From assembly GCA_012295275.1 (NCBI GenBank), contig CM022677.1, positions 744,001 to 808,000 on the forward strand: a DNA stretch of 64,000 nucleotides. The letters run 5' to 3'. Of this stretch, positions 1 through 13,900 are shown piece by piece. The translations under genes were made by a program, and so were the position numbers. Position 1 is the first letter of the stretch; each line of letters opens with the position of its first letter. The DNA comes from Chrysomallon squamiferum (taxonomy: Eukaryota > Animalia > Mollusca). A model generated the notes under the pieces. It worked only from the letters and a program-made list of their open reading frames with translations. It was not told where the DNA came from and made no database searches.

Positions 1-29
1 ACTCACTGACTGAAGTAAAAATAAATGAA

Positions 30-515
30 ATTTATGCGAGTTGTGTTCACTGGTAAATTTAGAGTGGCCTCCTTTATGTGAGATGTATTCACTGCTATAT
101 TTAGAGTGGCTTCCCTTATGTGAGATGTATTCACTGCTATATTTAGAGTGGCTTCCCTTATGTGAGATGTATTCACTGCTATATTTAGAGTGGCTTCCCT
201 TATGTGAGATGTTCACTGCTATATTTAGAGTGGCCTCCCTTATGTGAGATGTGTTCACTGTTATATTTAGAGAGGCCTCCCTTATGTGAGATCTGTTCAC
301 TGGTTTTTAGATTCGCCTCCCTTATGTGAGATCTGTTCACTGGTTTATTTAGAGTGCCCTCCCTTATGCGACATGTGTTCACTGTCATATTTAGAGTAGC
401 CTCCCTTATGTGATATCTGTTCACTGGTATATTTAGAGTGTCCTCTCTTATGCGAGATGTGTTCACTAGTATAGTTACAATAGCCTACCTCATGCGAGAT
501 GTGTTCAGTGGTATT
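30..515. repeat. 42-bp minisatellite, about 12 copies (GTGTTCACTGCTATATTTAGAGTGGCCTCCCTTATGTGAGAT-like)
   Basis: Directly visible tandem units; ORF 41..247 repeats a 14-aa unit MYSLLYLEWLPLCE, giving a 42-nt period. Confidence 0.95.
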
Positions 516-872
516 AAGAAAATAACAAAGAAAATTCGATTACAAAAGCATAAATAAACAGTCAGTGAGAGCAGAGTGTATGAACTGATTAAAAATGTAT
601 GATAAATAAATAATAAATAAATCATAATATGAAGAAAAAAAGAATGATGGAATGAATGAAAGATAGGAAACAAAAGATAGAAAATATGGAAAGAAAGAAA
701 GAAAGAAAGGTAGAAAAGAAGGAAGTAAAGGTAGAAAGAAAAGGAATAACGAAGGAAAGAAAGAAAAGAAAGAAAACATTCAAGCAGGCGAGCGAATAGA
801 AAAAACAGAAGAATGTATAAAGATAGAAATAACAAATAAAAGATATCCAAGCGTGGTACTCTTTAAATGCAC

Positions 873-927
873 CCCAGCAGACGATATACACATGATGTTG
901 CCATGATATCAGAACTTCTCCATTTAG
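873..927 (+). pseudogene. Exon fragment of a LigB-type (class III extradiol dioxygenase/Memo-like) gene: PSRRYTHDVAMISELLHLG then GT donor
   Basis: Translation by eye; ends TTA G|GTATTT (phase 1), which splices in frame to the exon at 60610 (GT GGT GAT TTA); also present at ~44316-44413. Confidence 0.6.
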
Positions 928-1773
928 GTATTTCACTCTTTGTCTGTATGTGTGTAAAAATTACATACGATTTGTAAACATTAGTTTATTGGTTACGTAA
1001 ACAGCCCTCGTCGCAGATTTGAGCTTCGTTTTAATAAAAAAAATTTTTGACTTTATCAATATTTTATAACAACTTTTGGACACCAAATGGATTATCGAAA
1101 CGAGTTAAATCGAACAAACAAACAACAACACAGACAATAAATAATAATAAGGAACAAATTAAAATAAATAAATAAATAAAAATAAAAATCTGGAATGACA
1201 TCATTTTACAGGAAAATGTTATTAGAATGTGTTTTCTTGAAGAGATAAAGTAGATGTTATTAATAATAAAAAGTATTTATGTGCTGGCATGTCTTTACGG
1301 ACGAGTATGGTAAGGTGTTGTCTATTCTTGTTTTTATAGGATGTAATGTGCAAATAACCTGTGTCAGTAACATTTATTGTAGGTTTTTAATGTCCTCCGT
1401 GCAGATTCTTATTTTGTGTTGGTGCCCTTTATAACCTTACTCGTATCATTAATCAAAATGATTTAAACTTATGTTTTATAATGTATTATTATCAAGGAAC
1501 CTGTATATCATAATTAAATAATTAATGTAAACCTTAACTTGTATAGTGGATAGGTAGACTTACTGATTTATATAGTTTGCTGTCATTTTGGCGTTTATAT
1601 TCCTAGTAAGGTGGCCATTAAAGCACCTTGTTACCTTATGTGAGCCTTAATAAAACATCCAAGGTGTTTAAAGGTGTGATCACGTGACAGTCGTCTCTTT
1701 ATAACACTCCACAGTGAACCATCATAACACATTTCTGAACAGCAGTATTTACACTTACTCTAATTAATACGCA
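873..1773 (+). repeat. Dispersed low-copy segment (repeat X), with rearranged copies at ~43790-45390, ~55213-55520 and ~60720-61670
   Basis: Near-identical blocks: 920-1027 vs 60906-61012; 1293-1773 vs 44904-45391. Confidence 0.85.
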
Positions 1774-1774
1774 T

Positions 1775-2200
1775 ATCGAAAGGGAAACAGGAATAGGGGA
1801 AATGTCACTGGCGACATACCACAAAGAAATAAAACCAACAATAAACACACCTTTCCTGATCAAAAGAGAAACTGACAAAACAGAGATCCCACCGTTCAAA
1901 AAAGCCATTTTTTTGGCAGCAGCAAACGACCACTACAAACAACACACGCACATCTACACTGACGGATCCAAAAACCCAGACAACGGGAGAGTAGGATTCG
2001 CCTTCATAGCCCAAGGTCACACAAACAAACCCACATGCATACAATTCATCCGCATCAGAAATCATCTTTCGGTGTATACGGCCGAATTGGAGCCATCATC
2101 AGAGCCATGTTGTGGGTAAAACACAACAACAACAAACACACAGTCATATTCTCGGACAGTCCGTGATCTGATCTCAATACAATCCGGATACAGTCAGGTA
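1775..2200 (+). mobile_element. I-group LINE family B, N-terminal half of RNase H domain
   Basis: HIYTDGSK...SVYTAEL...VIFSDS motifs; matches 56885-57315. Confidence 0.92.
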
Positions 2201-3313
2201 ATAACAACAACAACAACAAAATCGAAATGAAAATACATTCACCGTCGCGCCGTCGTGATCTCGTAATTCAATTTTACGTTGGAACATATCTTTTTCAAAA
2301 CGCATGCACACACACAGGCACGCACACACACAGACACACACACACACACAGACACAGACACAAACACACACACACACAGACTCACACACAGACACACACA
2401 CAGACACACACAAACACGCACACATAAACAAGCAGGCGCGAGCTGAAATAACATACGTACACACACAATCAGATATACACAACACGGTCACTCCATAAAA
2501 AAAAAAAAAAAATAAAAAAAAAAAAAAAAAAAAAAAAAATAAAAATAAATAAAGAAATAAAGAAATAAATATTAAGAAAAAAATAATTAAAAAAAAAATA
2601 TATATATATATATATATATGTATATCACGAGAGAAAAGGAAAAAACACATCGGGTTTCATCCATCCACTGTCACCGCCTTCATTTCCTTACACGGCTTAT
2701 CTCCCTCTAATAATTCTCGTTTCGTGTAGTCGTCGAAATTACCAGACAAAAATAATCTCTAAATTCGATGCAAAGTTGCCGCCACGTTTGTCTGCTTGAT
2801 TCCAAAAATTATTCTATATGGATTTAGAATATGCTTTTTTTCAACAGGTTTCAATACGTTTAATAAATGAGTTAGTTTTGCTGCAGTGAACAAAAAAACG
2901 CATACAAGACTGAGTCCACGGTACCGACGCACACTAGGCACACTGTCGTCTGTGGAGTGGGCTCGATCTTCCATTCGTAAAGATGTTTTCTGACTAACTG
3001 CAACAACAACAACAACAACAACAACGTGTCTGATCATTTTATAAATTAAATCGTAATCGTCGTTAATTTCAATTAAGACAGAATTTAATCATTTTTAATG
3101 TTCGAAGAGAACGTGGTCAATTGTAAATGGGTAGGTTATTCGTCAATAAATGAGGCAACTGGCGAATTGTCCGGTAGTGGCTGAAAATTAAAAATTAAAA
3201 CAAAAGAAAGAAAGAAAAAAAAAAAAAACTAGAAAAAAAAAAGACGAACCGACGTCTATTTATCTTCGTTCTTCTTAATGCGTGCACTGAATAACGACAA
3301 CGATAACGATGGC

Positions 3314-3394
<81 letters not shown>

Positions 3395-5829
3395 GAAAAG
3401 AAAAAAAAAAAAAAAATAAAAATAAAGCGCTGGCAGTATTCGATCTTCTTGTTCTTCTTCTACTCGAAGAAAGAAAGAAAGAAAGAGAGCGCCATGCGTG
3501 TGTGTGTGTGTCTGTGCATCTACGGTACTGTACTATACTAATAATAATAATAATAACTAGTAGTAGTGGTAGTAGCGGTAATGATAATAACAGAAAGGTT
3601 TCGTACTTATCATGTGTTCAGGAGTCATTTTGCACGAAATTAGCATTATTGCTGTTGTTGTTGTTGGTTGTGGTGGTGGTGGTGCTGCTGCTGCTGTTGT
3701 TGTTGTTGTTGTGAACAGCATTTCGTCTTTCGAGGTGATGGACTGTAAATTGTGTCACTGTCAATAAGTTTTTTATTTTTTTTTTTTTTTTTTTTTTTTT
3801 TATTCTTAATTTTTGTGCCGTGTTTAAGGCGAAATTGACATCGGTAGCGAGTTCCCAGTTTTCTAACGTTCATCTCACCGTTGCCATGGGAACCGATCTC
3901 AGCTCAGCTCCGTTCGGCTACACTCGGGTAGGGTCGGGTCGAGTCAGGTCGGGTTGGGTCGACTGCACTCCATTCGGCGGACGAGAAAAAAAAGAAAAAA
4001 GCCATTTACTTACTTATTTTCTAAATGACTAAAAAATAAAAAATAATAAACAAAAAGGAAACATTGAAATTGAAATGCATTAATAATCGCGCCTTCGTGA
4101 TGTGCAATTCAGTTTTACATTGGAAGACACCTTTTTCAAACCGACGCACGCACGCGCGCGCGCGCGAACACACTCACACACACACACACACACACAATAC
4201 AATACAATACATACATATATACATACGTACGCACGCACGCACTCAGGCACGCACGCACGCACGCACACAACCAGACACAGACACACACACACAGACACAA
4301 ACGCACATACACACACACACACACACGCAGGCGCTAGCTGAAATAACACACGTACACAAACAATCAGACAAACACAACACGGTCACTCCAAAATAAAAAA
4401 TAATAATAATAATTTTAAAACAAAAAATTAAAATAAAAATAAATAAAGAAATAAATATTAAGAAAAAAAAAATTAAAAACAACGGATCCAAAAACCCAGA
4501 CAACGGGAGAGTAGGATTCGCCTTCATAGCCCAAGGTCACACAAACAAACCCACATGCATACAATTCATCCGCATCAGAAATCATCTTTCGGTGTATACG
4601 GCCGAATTGGAGCCATCATCAGAGCCATGTTGTGGGTAAAACACAACAACAACAAACACACAGTCATATTCTCGGACAGTCCGTGATCTGATCTCAATAC
4701 AATCCGGATACAGTCAGGTAATAAAACAACAACCACAAAATCGAAATGAAAATACATTCACCGTCGCGCCGTCGTGATCTCGTAATTCAATTTTACGTTG
4801 GAACATATCTTTTTCAAAACGCATGCACACACACAGGCACGCACACACACAGACACATACACACACACACAGATACAGACACAAACACACAGAGACTCAC
4901 ACACAGACACACACACAGATACACACAAACACGCACACATAAACAAGCAGGCGCGAGCTGAAATAACATACGTACACACACAATCAGATATACACAACAC
5001 GGTCACTCCATAAAAAAAAAAAAAATAAATAAAAAAAAGAAAAAAAGGAAAAAAGGAAATAAAAATAAATAAAGAAATAAAGAAATAAATATTAAGAAAA
5101 AAATAATTAAAAAAAAAATATGTATATATATATATATATGTATATCACGAGAGAAAAGGAAAAAACACATCGGGTTTCATCCATCCACTGTTACCGCCTT
5201 CATTTCCTTACACGGCTTATCTCCCTCTAATAATTCTCGTTTCGTGTAGTCGTCGAAATTACCAGACAAAAATAATCTCTAAATTCGATGCAAAGTTGCC
5301 GCCACGTTTGTCTGCTTGATTCCAAAAATTATTCTATATGGATTTAGAATATGCTTTTTTTCAACAGGTTTCAATACGTTTAATAAATGAGTTAGTTTTG
5401 CTGCAGTGAACAAAAAAACGCATACAAGACTGAGTCGACGGTACCGACGCACACTAGGCACACTGTCGTCTGTGGAGTGGGCTCGATCTTCCATTCGTAA
5501 AGATGTTTTCTGACTAACTGCAACAACAACAACAACAACAACAACGTGTCTGATCATTTTATAAATTAAATCGTAATCGTCGTTAATTTCAATTAAGACA
5601 GAATTTAATCATTTTTAATGTTCGAAGAGAACGTGGTCAATTGTAAATGGGTAGGTTATTCGTGAATAAATGAGGCAACTGGCGAATTGTCCGGTAGTGG
5701 CTGAAAATTAAAAATTAAAACAAAAGAAAGAAAGAAAAACAAAACTAGAAAAAAAAAAGACGAACCGACGTCTATTTATCTTCGTTCTTCTTAATGCGTG
5801 CACTGAATAACGACAACGATAACGATGGC

Positions 5830-5889
<60 letters not shown>

Positions 5890-6068
5890 TATAATTATAA
5901 TAATAATAATAAAAGAAAAGAAAAGAAAAAGAAAGAAATAAAAAAATAAAAATAAAGCGCTGGCAGTATTCGATCTTCTTGTTCTTCTTCTACTCGAAGA
6001 AAGAAAGAAAGAAAGAGAGCGCCATGCGTGTGTGTGTGTGTCTGTGCATCTACGGTACTGTACTATAC

Positions 6069-6111
<43 letters not shown>

Positions 6112-6729
6112 TAGTAGTAGTGGTAGTAGCGGTAATGATAATAATAGAAAGGTTTCGTACTTATCATGTGTTCACGAGTCATTTTGCACGAAATTAGCAT
6201 TATTGCTGTTGTTGTTGTTGGTTGTGGTGGTGGTGGTGCTGCTGCTGCTGCTGTTGTTGTTGTTGTTGTGAACAGCATTTCGTCTTTCGAGGTGATGGAC
6301 TGTAAATTGTGTCACTGTCAATAAGTTTTTTATTTTTTTATTTTTTTATTTTTTTTTTTTATTCTTAATTTTTGTGCCGTGTTTAAGGCGAAATTGACAT
6401 CGGTAGCGAGTTCCGAGACCCAGTTTTCTAACGTTCATCTCACCGTTGCCATGGGAACCGATCTCAGCTCAGCTCCGTTCGGCTACACTCGGGTAGGGTC
6501 GGGTCGAGGTCAGGTCGGGTTGGGTCGACTGCACTCCATTCGGCGGACGAGAGAAAAATAAAAAAGCCATTTACTTACTTATTTTCTAAATGACTAAAAA
6601 AAAAAAAAAAAAAAAAAAATAAAAAGGAAACATTGAAATTGAAATGCATTAGTAATCGCGCCGTCGTGATGTGTCAATTCAGTTTCACATTGGAAGACAC
6701 CTTTTTCAAACCGACGCACGCACGCACGG

Positions 6730-6770
<41 letters not shown>

Positions 6771-6900
6771 ATACAATACATACATACATACATGCATACA
6801 TACTTACGCACGCAGGCACACACGCACACACACACACACACATACAATAGAATACAATACAATACAATACAATAGATACATACATACATACTTACGCACA
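1962..6900 (+). repeat. ~2.52-kb tandem duplication of a composite unit (RNase H fragment plus CA/AAT/GT microsatellites plus unique modules)
   Basis: ACGGATCCAAAAACCCAGACAACGGGAG at 1962 and ~4482; ORFs 2759..3037 and 5279..5557 nearly identical, offset 2520. Confidence 0.93.
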
Positions 6901-7289
6901 CACGGTTGTACAAACATAAACACACGGTTCCCATGGCAGCGCTGAGATGAATGTGTGAAAACTGGTTCCCGGTACTCACTACCGATGACAATTTCACCTT
7001 AAGCAGTGCACACACACACACAAAGAAAAACACACAAAAGAAAAAATACAAAAAATAAATAAATAAATAAATAAATAAACAAACAAACAAATAAATAAAT
7101 AAATAAATAAAATAAAATAAAATAAAATAAATAAAAAATAAAAGGAAAACATGAGAAAAGGAAATAGTAAAAAATAAAATAATATAACAAAATAAAATTA
7201 AACAGAAATAATAATAAAAATAATAATAAATAAATAAATAAATTAAATAAGTACTAAATAAATGAATTTATAAATAAAAAAATAAAATA

Positions 7290-7320
<31 letters not shown>

Positions 7321-7345
7321 TTAATAATAATAATAATAATAATAA

Positions 7346-8241
7346 CTAACCATGGAGTGGCTCCCAGCACACGTCGGCATCATCGGCAACGAACTTGCCG
7401 ACCACTACGCCAAAGAGTCACTCAGCATTAAAGACGAAGACATCTGCACAGACATACATTACGGAATAAACGAAATTGTCTCCATCGCTGCCAAACATTA
7501 CGACAAACAATGGCAAAACGAATGGAACAACACCAAAAACAAATGGCACTTAAACATCAAACCATTCGCCAAAACACCCAAAATCACACTCGCCAACAAA
7601 CTACACAACAACAATCTCACCAAAGCCAGAATTGGTTACTCAACCAATCTAAACGCAATTCGATACAAACATAACATCACCACATCACCCAACTGCAGTT
7701 GTGGACTCTCAGAAACCATGAAACACTACTTGTTTCACTGTCCAAATTTTGCCAAGGAAAGACAAGCACTACGCAATACACTGGAGGAACTAAAAATCGA
7801 GTTCACGCTCCAACACATCCTGGCACCAAACATGAAAGACAGACAGTTAGTCCTCGCTGCAGTAACAAATTACATTCTCAACACAAAACACAAACTTTAA
7901 ACTTTTTTTTTTTTAAACAGAAAAAGAAACAACAACAGCAGCCAAGAGCAGAACAACCAGGACGGCAAACAACACGGACCCGGTGATGGCTGAGAGATTG
8001 TGCCGGAGACCACAGGGGGCGAATTGCGGCTGCGAAACATCCGTACCGACTCGTCACGATCCGATATGCTGGACACTCCCTTGTGTCCTGCAATCGTGGC
8101 GAGAACCAGTTCTTTTCCCTACCCAAAACTCTTTTCTGCGACGGACACGCCCGCTGACCTGTCAGAAAGCGTGCCCGTCGAAGACGTGCTTCACAACAGC
8201 TTGCTCTGATTAGCACGTTAATTTTTTTCCATTCCATTCCA
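7346..8241 (+). mobile_element. I-group LINE family B 3' end: RNase H C-terminus, CCHC finger, 3' UTR, stem-loop and (TTCCA)n tail
   Basis: ORF 7352..7900 WLPAHVGIIGNELAD and CSCGLSETMKHYLFHC; stem ACGTGCT 8184-8190 / AGCACGT 8212-8218; TTCCA repeats 8227-8241. Confidence 0.92.
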
Positions 8242-8246
8242 ATTAT

Positions 8247-10718
8247 GATTCCACTTCAGTTTCGAACTTAGAACATTCGACATCAAATTTGGTAAGAAAA
8301 GGAATCCTATCCTCCCAGCACGTCATAATCACTTTCCCAGCACGAAACTTCCCCGGACGACAGTGACAACGGAAATGTATCTGACAACTCTGCGGGGAAC
8401 ACCATACACGTGGGACTGGTAGAGACGACACGTGACCGCTCCTCCCGCCCCGACCTGTCCAATCCCCCAGACTGTAACCAAATCTTCAACTGGCCCACAA
8501 ATGTCCCAACTGGAATGACCACCATTCCGGAGTCGCTACAACAAAAAAACAAAAATAAAAAAGGAAAACCCACCCAACTGTCCAATCCCGCCAGAACAGG
8601 TTCCAGTCAGGACATCAACCAGATTTTCAGCCCTGGACATGCTGAGCATTGCTGTTCCCCAACAGGGCTCGCACAAATCGCACAAAACTGTCAGCCAGCC
8701 CCCCTAGACCCGCTAAGTCCCCAATACCCAGGCTGAGACGGGTATTTTTAATAAAAGAAACCCGCAAAACCCACAAATCCCGATACCCCCATCGGACAGG
8801 CTTACTCGCAGGACAAAACAAGCAGCAGTAACCAACACAGAGGAGTTTCCGCTCCTCACCCTGACGCCGGGAAGACCCTGGCCAAGAGATTTCCTATAAA
8901 CAAACGTATCATCAACTGGACGGGCAAACTCCACACCTCAACAACAAAACAACACCCCACAAAAAAACACCCACTACACAACACAAAGGGTACACGCAAC
9001 AGCAACAACAACCACCACAACAACAGACATCTCCTTAAGAAAACTGATAAAAATAAAATCGGGCAAAACAAATACTAGAAACGCTAAAGAAAGAAAACCC
9101 AGACGTGATGATTCAGAACATCACGATCTGGAACAACGGCTACTGGGATGTGCTTCTGTCTGCCACAACAGAAGCAGAGCACATCCTATTCCACCAGAAA
9201 CAATTCAAACTGCTGGCCTTTGAGGCACACCCTATGAAATGCGCCCAGTGCCAGAGATGGGGACATAATATAAAAAAATGCAGGTCGTTGAGGGGACACC
9301 CAACTTGTTTCAGGTGTGGTGGCAAACACCCCAAGAAAACGCCTGACAACCAGTGCCGTCAACCCATCCAATGCGCAAACTGCAACGGCCAACACCACAC
9401 ACACAGCCACCTATGTGCGGCCTACAACAACGCACTGAAACACCTGGAGGCCAAAAACACACACACACAGCACTAGAACTCCTCACTCGTCAACCACACA
9501 CTCATACACACCAGCACCCAGGACAAACAATAAACAAACAGAAATGGACGGAATAATTAAGAAAGACAGCCCAGTGACAACCCTCCAGCTACTTAGGGTT
9601 ATCACGGGCCTATTCCTGGACGGATCTCTAGTGTTCCCCAACCCCAACTCCAATAATAGATCGGAAGCAGACTGTGGCAGATTGTCAGAGCCTCCAGAAA
9701 CACCTGAGACTTCCACTGGAGCTTGACACTATGCTCAAACAATCAATGCACTACTAACAAAACAACATCAACACCGACAACACTAAACAAGTGAAATAAA
9801 CACATCCAAAATACATGCAATCTCCAAGGCTATCAAACTCCTACACATCACACATGGGAGACAAACAAAACATTAAACATAAACAAGCTAAAGGCCTAAA
9901 CATCCTACAGTGGAATGCCAAAGGCCTCAAATCAAGAGGTCATGGCGACGAACTCAAACACTACATAATTAACTCTAATATACAGATAGACATAATATGC
10001 AAACAAGAAACCTGAGTCAACAACACACAAACACGGAAGAATCAACTCTTCAAAAACTTTAACATTCCAGGATTCTTTGGCTTCTTTCACAACACTAACT
10101 GCACCACGAGAGGAGGAGTAGCAACTTATGTCAGAAATGAACTATCCTACTCACGTATCCCACTAACCAATCACCACCTCAACATAGAGACACTTGGGAT
10201 AACAATCCATGGCCAGGCTGAAGACATTAACGTTTTCAACTACTACACTCACCCAGGCAAAAATCACTACAACATAACACTAGAACACTACACTAAAAGC
10301 ATTCCCTCTAAATACATCGACAACTTCATTATACTCGGGGACTTCAACAGCAGAAACCACCTATGGGGATCCTCTAGTACATGCAAACAGGAAACCATCA
10401 TCGAAAAATGTACGGATCTTAACAAACAGATATGTCTGAACGATGGCAGGTCAACCTTCCTATCAGACGTATACAACAACTGGTCATGTCTTGATATCTC
10501 AACAGTGTCTGAAAAAATAGCCTCTAAATGTGAATGGACAGTCCTTAACAATCTCAATAGCGATCACCTACCAATACTAATCTCATACAACACTGAAAAT
10601 AACTGGAAAGAGGTACCAATAAACAAACACAAATGGAACTTCGCGAAAGCCAACTGGACTGAATTTAAAAAGCAATGTCTGGAAACAGATCCCAAACTCA
10701 TTCGAAGCAATAATATTG
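8247..10718 (+). mobile_element. I-group LINE family A, 5' part: ORF1 with three CCHC knuckles and ORF2 APE endonuclease start, cut by a gap
   Basis: CAQCQRWGHNIKKC, CFRCGGKH, CANCNGQHHTHSHLC in 9105..9476; LNILQWNAKGL...QET, LGDFN, SDHLPI, WNFAKANW; in-frame stop at 10013-10015. Confidence 0.92.
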
Positions 10719-10918
10719 NNNNNNNNNNNNNNNNNNNNNNNNNNNNNNNNNNNNNNNNNNNNNNNNNNNNNNNNNNNNNNNNNNNNNNNNNNNNNNNNNN
10801 NNNNNNNNNNNNNNNNNNNNNNNNNNNNNNNNNNNNNNNNNNNNNNNNNNNNNNNNNNNNNNNNNNNNNNNNNNNNNNNNNNNNNNNNNNNNNNNNNNNN
10901 NNNNNNNNNNNNNNNNNN
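10719..10918. other. Assembly gap (200 N)
   Basis: N run; identical 200-N gaps at 34016-34215 and 63147-63346 suggest a fixed scaffolding size. Confidence 0.99.
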
Positions 10919-13900
10919 TAAAAGTTAATACTAAAATAGATGAAGAAGAATACAATTTTATAAATGTATATGCACCAAATAATTGAAAAAAGAATTATAT
11001 TTTTTAAAGGATTATGTAAACTTGTCAGTTATTTTTAATTATAATTTGGTTGATATTTGGCGACACAGAAATCCAGATAAAAGGCAATTTACTAGATCTC
11101 AAATAGTTGAAAAAACTATAAAACAGTCAAGAATTGATTTATTCTTAATTTCTAGAAATTTATTACAGTTTATAAATAATGTATACATATCCTATACCTC
11201 GGTTAGTGATCACAATTTTTTATCACTTAAAATAGATTTTTCTCATGTAGAGAGAGGTCAAGGTATTTGGATTTTTAATAATGAATTGTTGAAAGATGAA
11301 AGTTTTTGTAAAGCTATTATTGAAGTTATTAATAATGTTTCTGAGTGTCCTTTGTTACAGACTGAACCTAGTGTTTGGTGGGACAACTTAAAATATAAAA
11401 TGAAAACATGTGCAAGAAATTTTGCAATAAAAAAAAAGAAAATCAGATAACGAAAAATATTATAATATACAAAATGCTTTGAAACGAGAATATGCTAAAC
11501 TAGCTGTAAATAAGCATCATGATTTGAATAACATACAAATTTTAGCAGAAAAATTTAAATTAATTGAGAGATCTAAATGTAATTTTAAGATGAAAGCTCA
11601 TTGGAATCTAGATATGGATAGAAGTACCACGTTTTTTCTCAGTTTAGAAAAATCAAAACAAGAATCAAATTCTATTAAAGAACTAAAAACAGTAAATGGA
11701 TTAACAAGAAAAACGGAAGATATATTACAATATGCTTATGACTTTTATTCAAAATTATTTACACAAGAAAATGTTGATATTATTAAACAGGAAGAAATAA
11801 TACATTTAATATCAAATAAACTAAAGGAATCTGAAAGTGAAAACTGTGAGAAAGACATTACAATTGAAGAATTAACTGAAGCTTTAAAAGAAATGAATAG
11901 AAATAAATCACCTGGTTTGGATGGTCTAACAGTTGAATTTTTAAAAATTTCTTTCATTAAGTAGTTATGTCAATTCAAAAAGAAGAAATGTCACGTACTA
12001 TGAAAAAAGGGGTAGTTAGTCCATTTTACAAGAAAAAAGCAGATAAAGAAGACCTATTAGTCTTTTAAATGTAGATTATAAAATTACTTCTAAAGTTCTT
12101 GCAGATCATCTTAAACAAGAAATGTCAACTATTAATTCATCAGAACAAAACTGTTGTGTAAAAGGAAGAGATGTTGCTGACAATATTATGTCAGTAAGAG
12201 ATATTATAGATATTGTCGAGTTAAATAATACAGAAGGGTATAAAGTTAAAATAGATAAAGAGAAAGCTTTTGACACAGTATCACGTAGTTTTATTTTAAA
12301 AGTTTTGAAAAAATTCAATTTTGGTGATAATTTTATAAAGTGGATTAAAATACTATATAATAATATAAAAAGTTGTGTAAAAATTAATGGACATTTAACA
12401 CTTTTTTTCAATATTACAAGAGGGGTTAGACAATATCAATGATGCTTTGTTATTGTAGCTGAACCCTTAAATAATTTAATTAAAAAAAGACAAAGCATGA
12501 ATGGAATTAGAATAACAAATGAACTTAATTCTTTATTATTTCAGCATGCAGATGATACTACAGTAACTGTCTGCGATGCTCAGTCAGTAGAAAATGTTTT
12601 TAATACAATAAATATGTATTGTAGTGCTACAGGGGCAAAAGTCAATGTAGATAAGTCAGAAGTACTTTGTCTTGGTAAAACCATGATTGAAAACTTATCT
12701 TTTAACATTCCAATATCAATAAATGAAAACTATGTTAAAATTATAGGCATATATTTAGGACCAAATAAACCATTATGTGAAAGATTGAACTGGAAAAATA
12801 AATTAGCTAAAATGTCTAATTTAATTAACTTATGGAGTCAAAGGAAACTTACTTTACACGGAAAAGCTGAAGTATGGAATACTTTATTAACATCTAGACT
12901 GTGGTATATGATTAGCACAATAAATGTACCAAATTGGGTAGAAAATGAAATTCATAAATTATTTTGTAAATTTATGTGGGAAGGAAAAACGCATTTAATA
13001 AAATATTCATCAATAATTGGAAATAAAATGTCGGGTGGACTAAATATTCAAGATATTTCATTAAAGAAAATGGCTTTTCGTATAAAAATGTTAAAGAAAT
13101 ATTTTATAATAATTTTAAAAATGTGTGGAAATATACAATGTCAATATTTCTTGAAAAATATATGAATATGAATCTAAATTATGACATTTTTAAAATAGTA
13201 TACAGTAAAGAAGCTTTAAAAGTTATCAATCCTCTTTTATGCTGAAATGTTATCAGCTTGGGACTATGTTAATAATGGAGAACGTAATTTCCCACTTGAT
13301 ACAGACGAAATATTGTCTCAGCCACTTTTTCAAAATCCATTCATTAAATATAAAAACAAATTATTATTATTTAGTTCTTTTACAAAAAGTGGAATAGTCA
13401 AAGTGGCTGATATTGCATATGAAGTAATATCAGGTATTCTTCCTTTTACAGCTATTGTAGAAATTATTCATGAAAAATCTCCAGAATTATCCAAAAACCT
13501 AATTTATATAGCTTACAATGTTATTAAGAAATCACTTCCAGATGAACGGAAAAGTTCTATTAACAGAAATGCTAAAAAAATTAACATCTAAGAAAGATTT
13601 ATTTTTGTTTCAGAATAATGAAATGATAAATGTCAGTAAATTTACAGTTAAAATAATTTATTCTATTTTAATTTTAAAAAACTTTAAAGCACCAACTTGT
13701 GAGGAAAAATGGAATGAGCTTGGTTTTAATATATTCTGGAGACCAGTTTGGAAATGGATACACTATAGTGATAAATTTACTGAATTTATAGACTTAGATT
13801 TTAGAACAGTTCATCATATAATATATACATGTAGTAAAATATATAAATATGGCAAAATCTCATCTAGTGTGTGTCCAGTTTGAAGGATGATGAAGATTTG

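Noticed and set aside
30-515. CRISPR-like regular repeats (also 26517-26812 and 42705-43320)
   Set aside because: Contiguous tandem units with no unique spacers, no cas genes, eukaryotic context
2759-3037. 92-aa ORF repeated in the composite unit, and an Sm-like AATTTTTGG on the minus strand
   Set aside because: ORF is disrupted in the 57800-58100 copy and has no recognisable domain; no U1/U2/U4/U5/SL similarity seen
2174-7190. Many ORFs rich in HT, CV, N, I or F runs (also 14647-17428, 35512-37943, 57286-58863)
   Set aside because: Translations of microsatellites
8139-8190. Hammerhead ribozyme (CTGA...GAAA)
   Set aside because: Core reads CTGACCT, not CTGANGA; only a hairpin is supported
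10505-10983. Single element spanning the first gap (APE motifs on both sides)
   Set aside because: Left side is I-group LINE-A and right side is Tx1 with different composition; joined only by scaffolding
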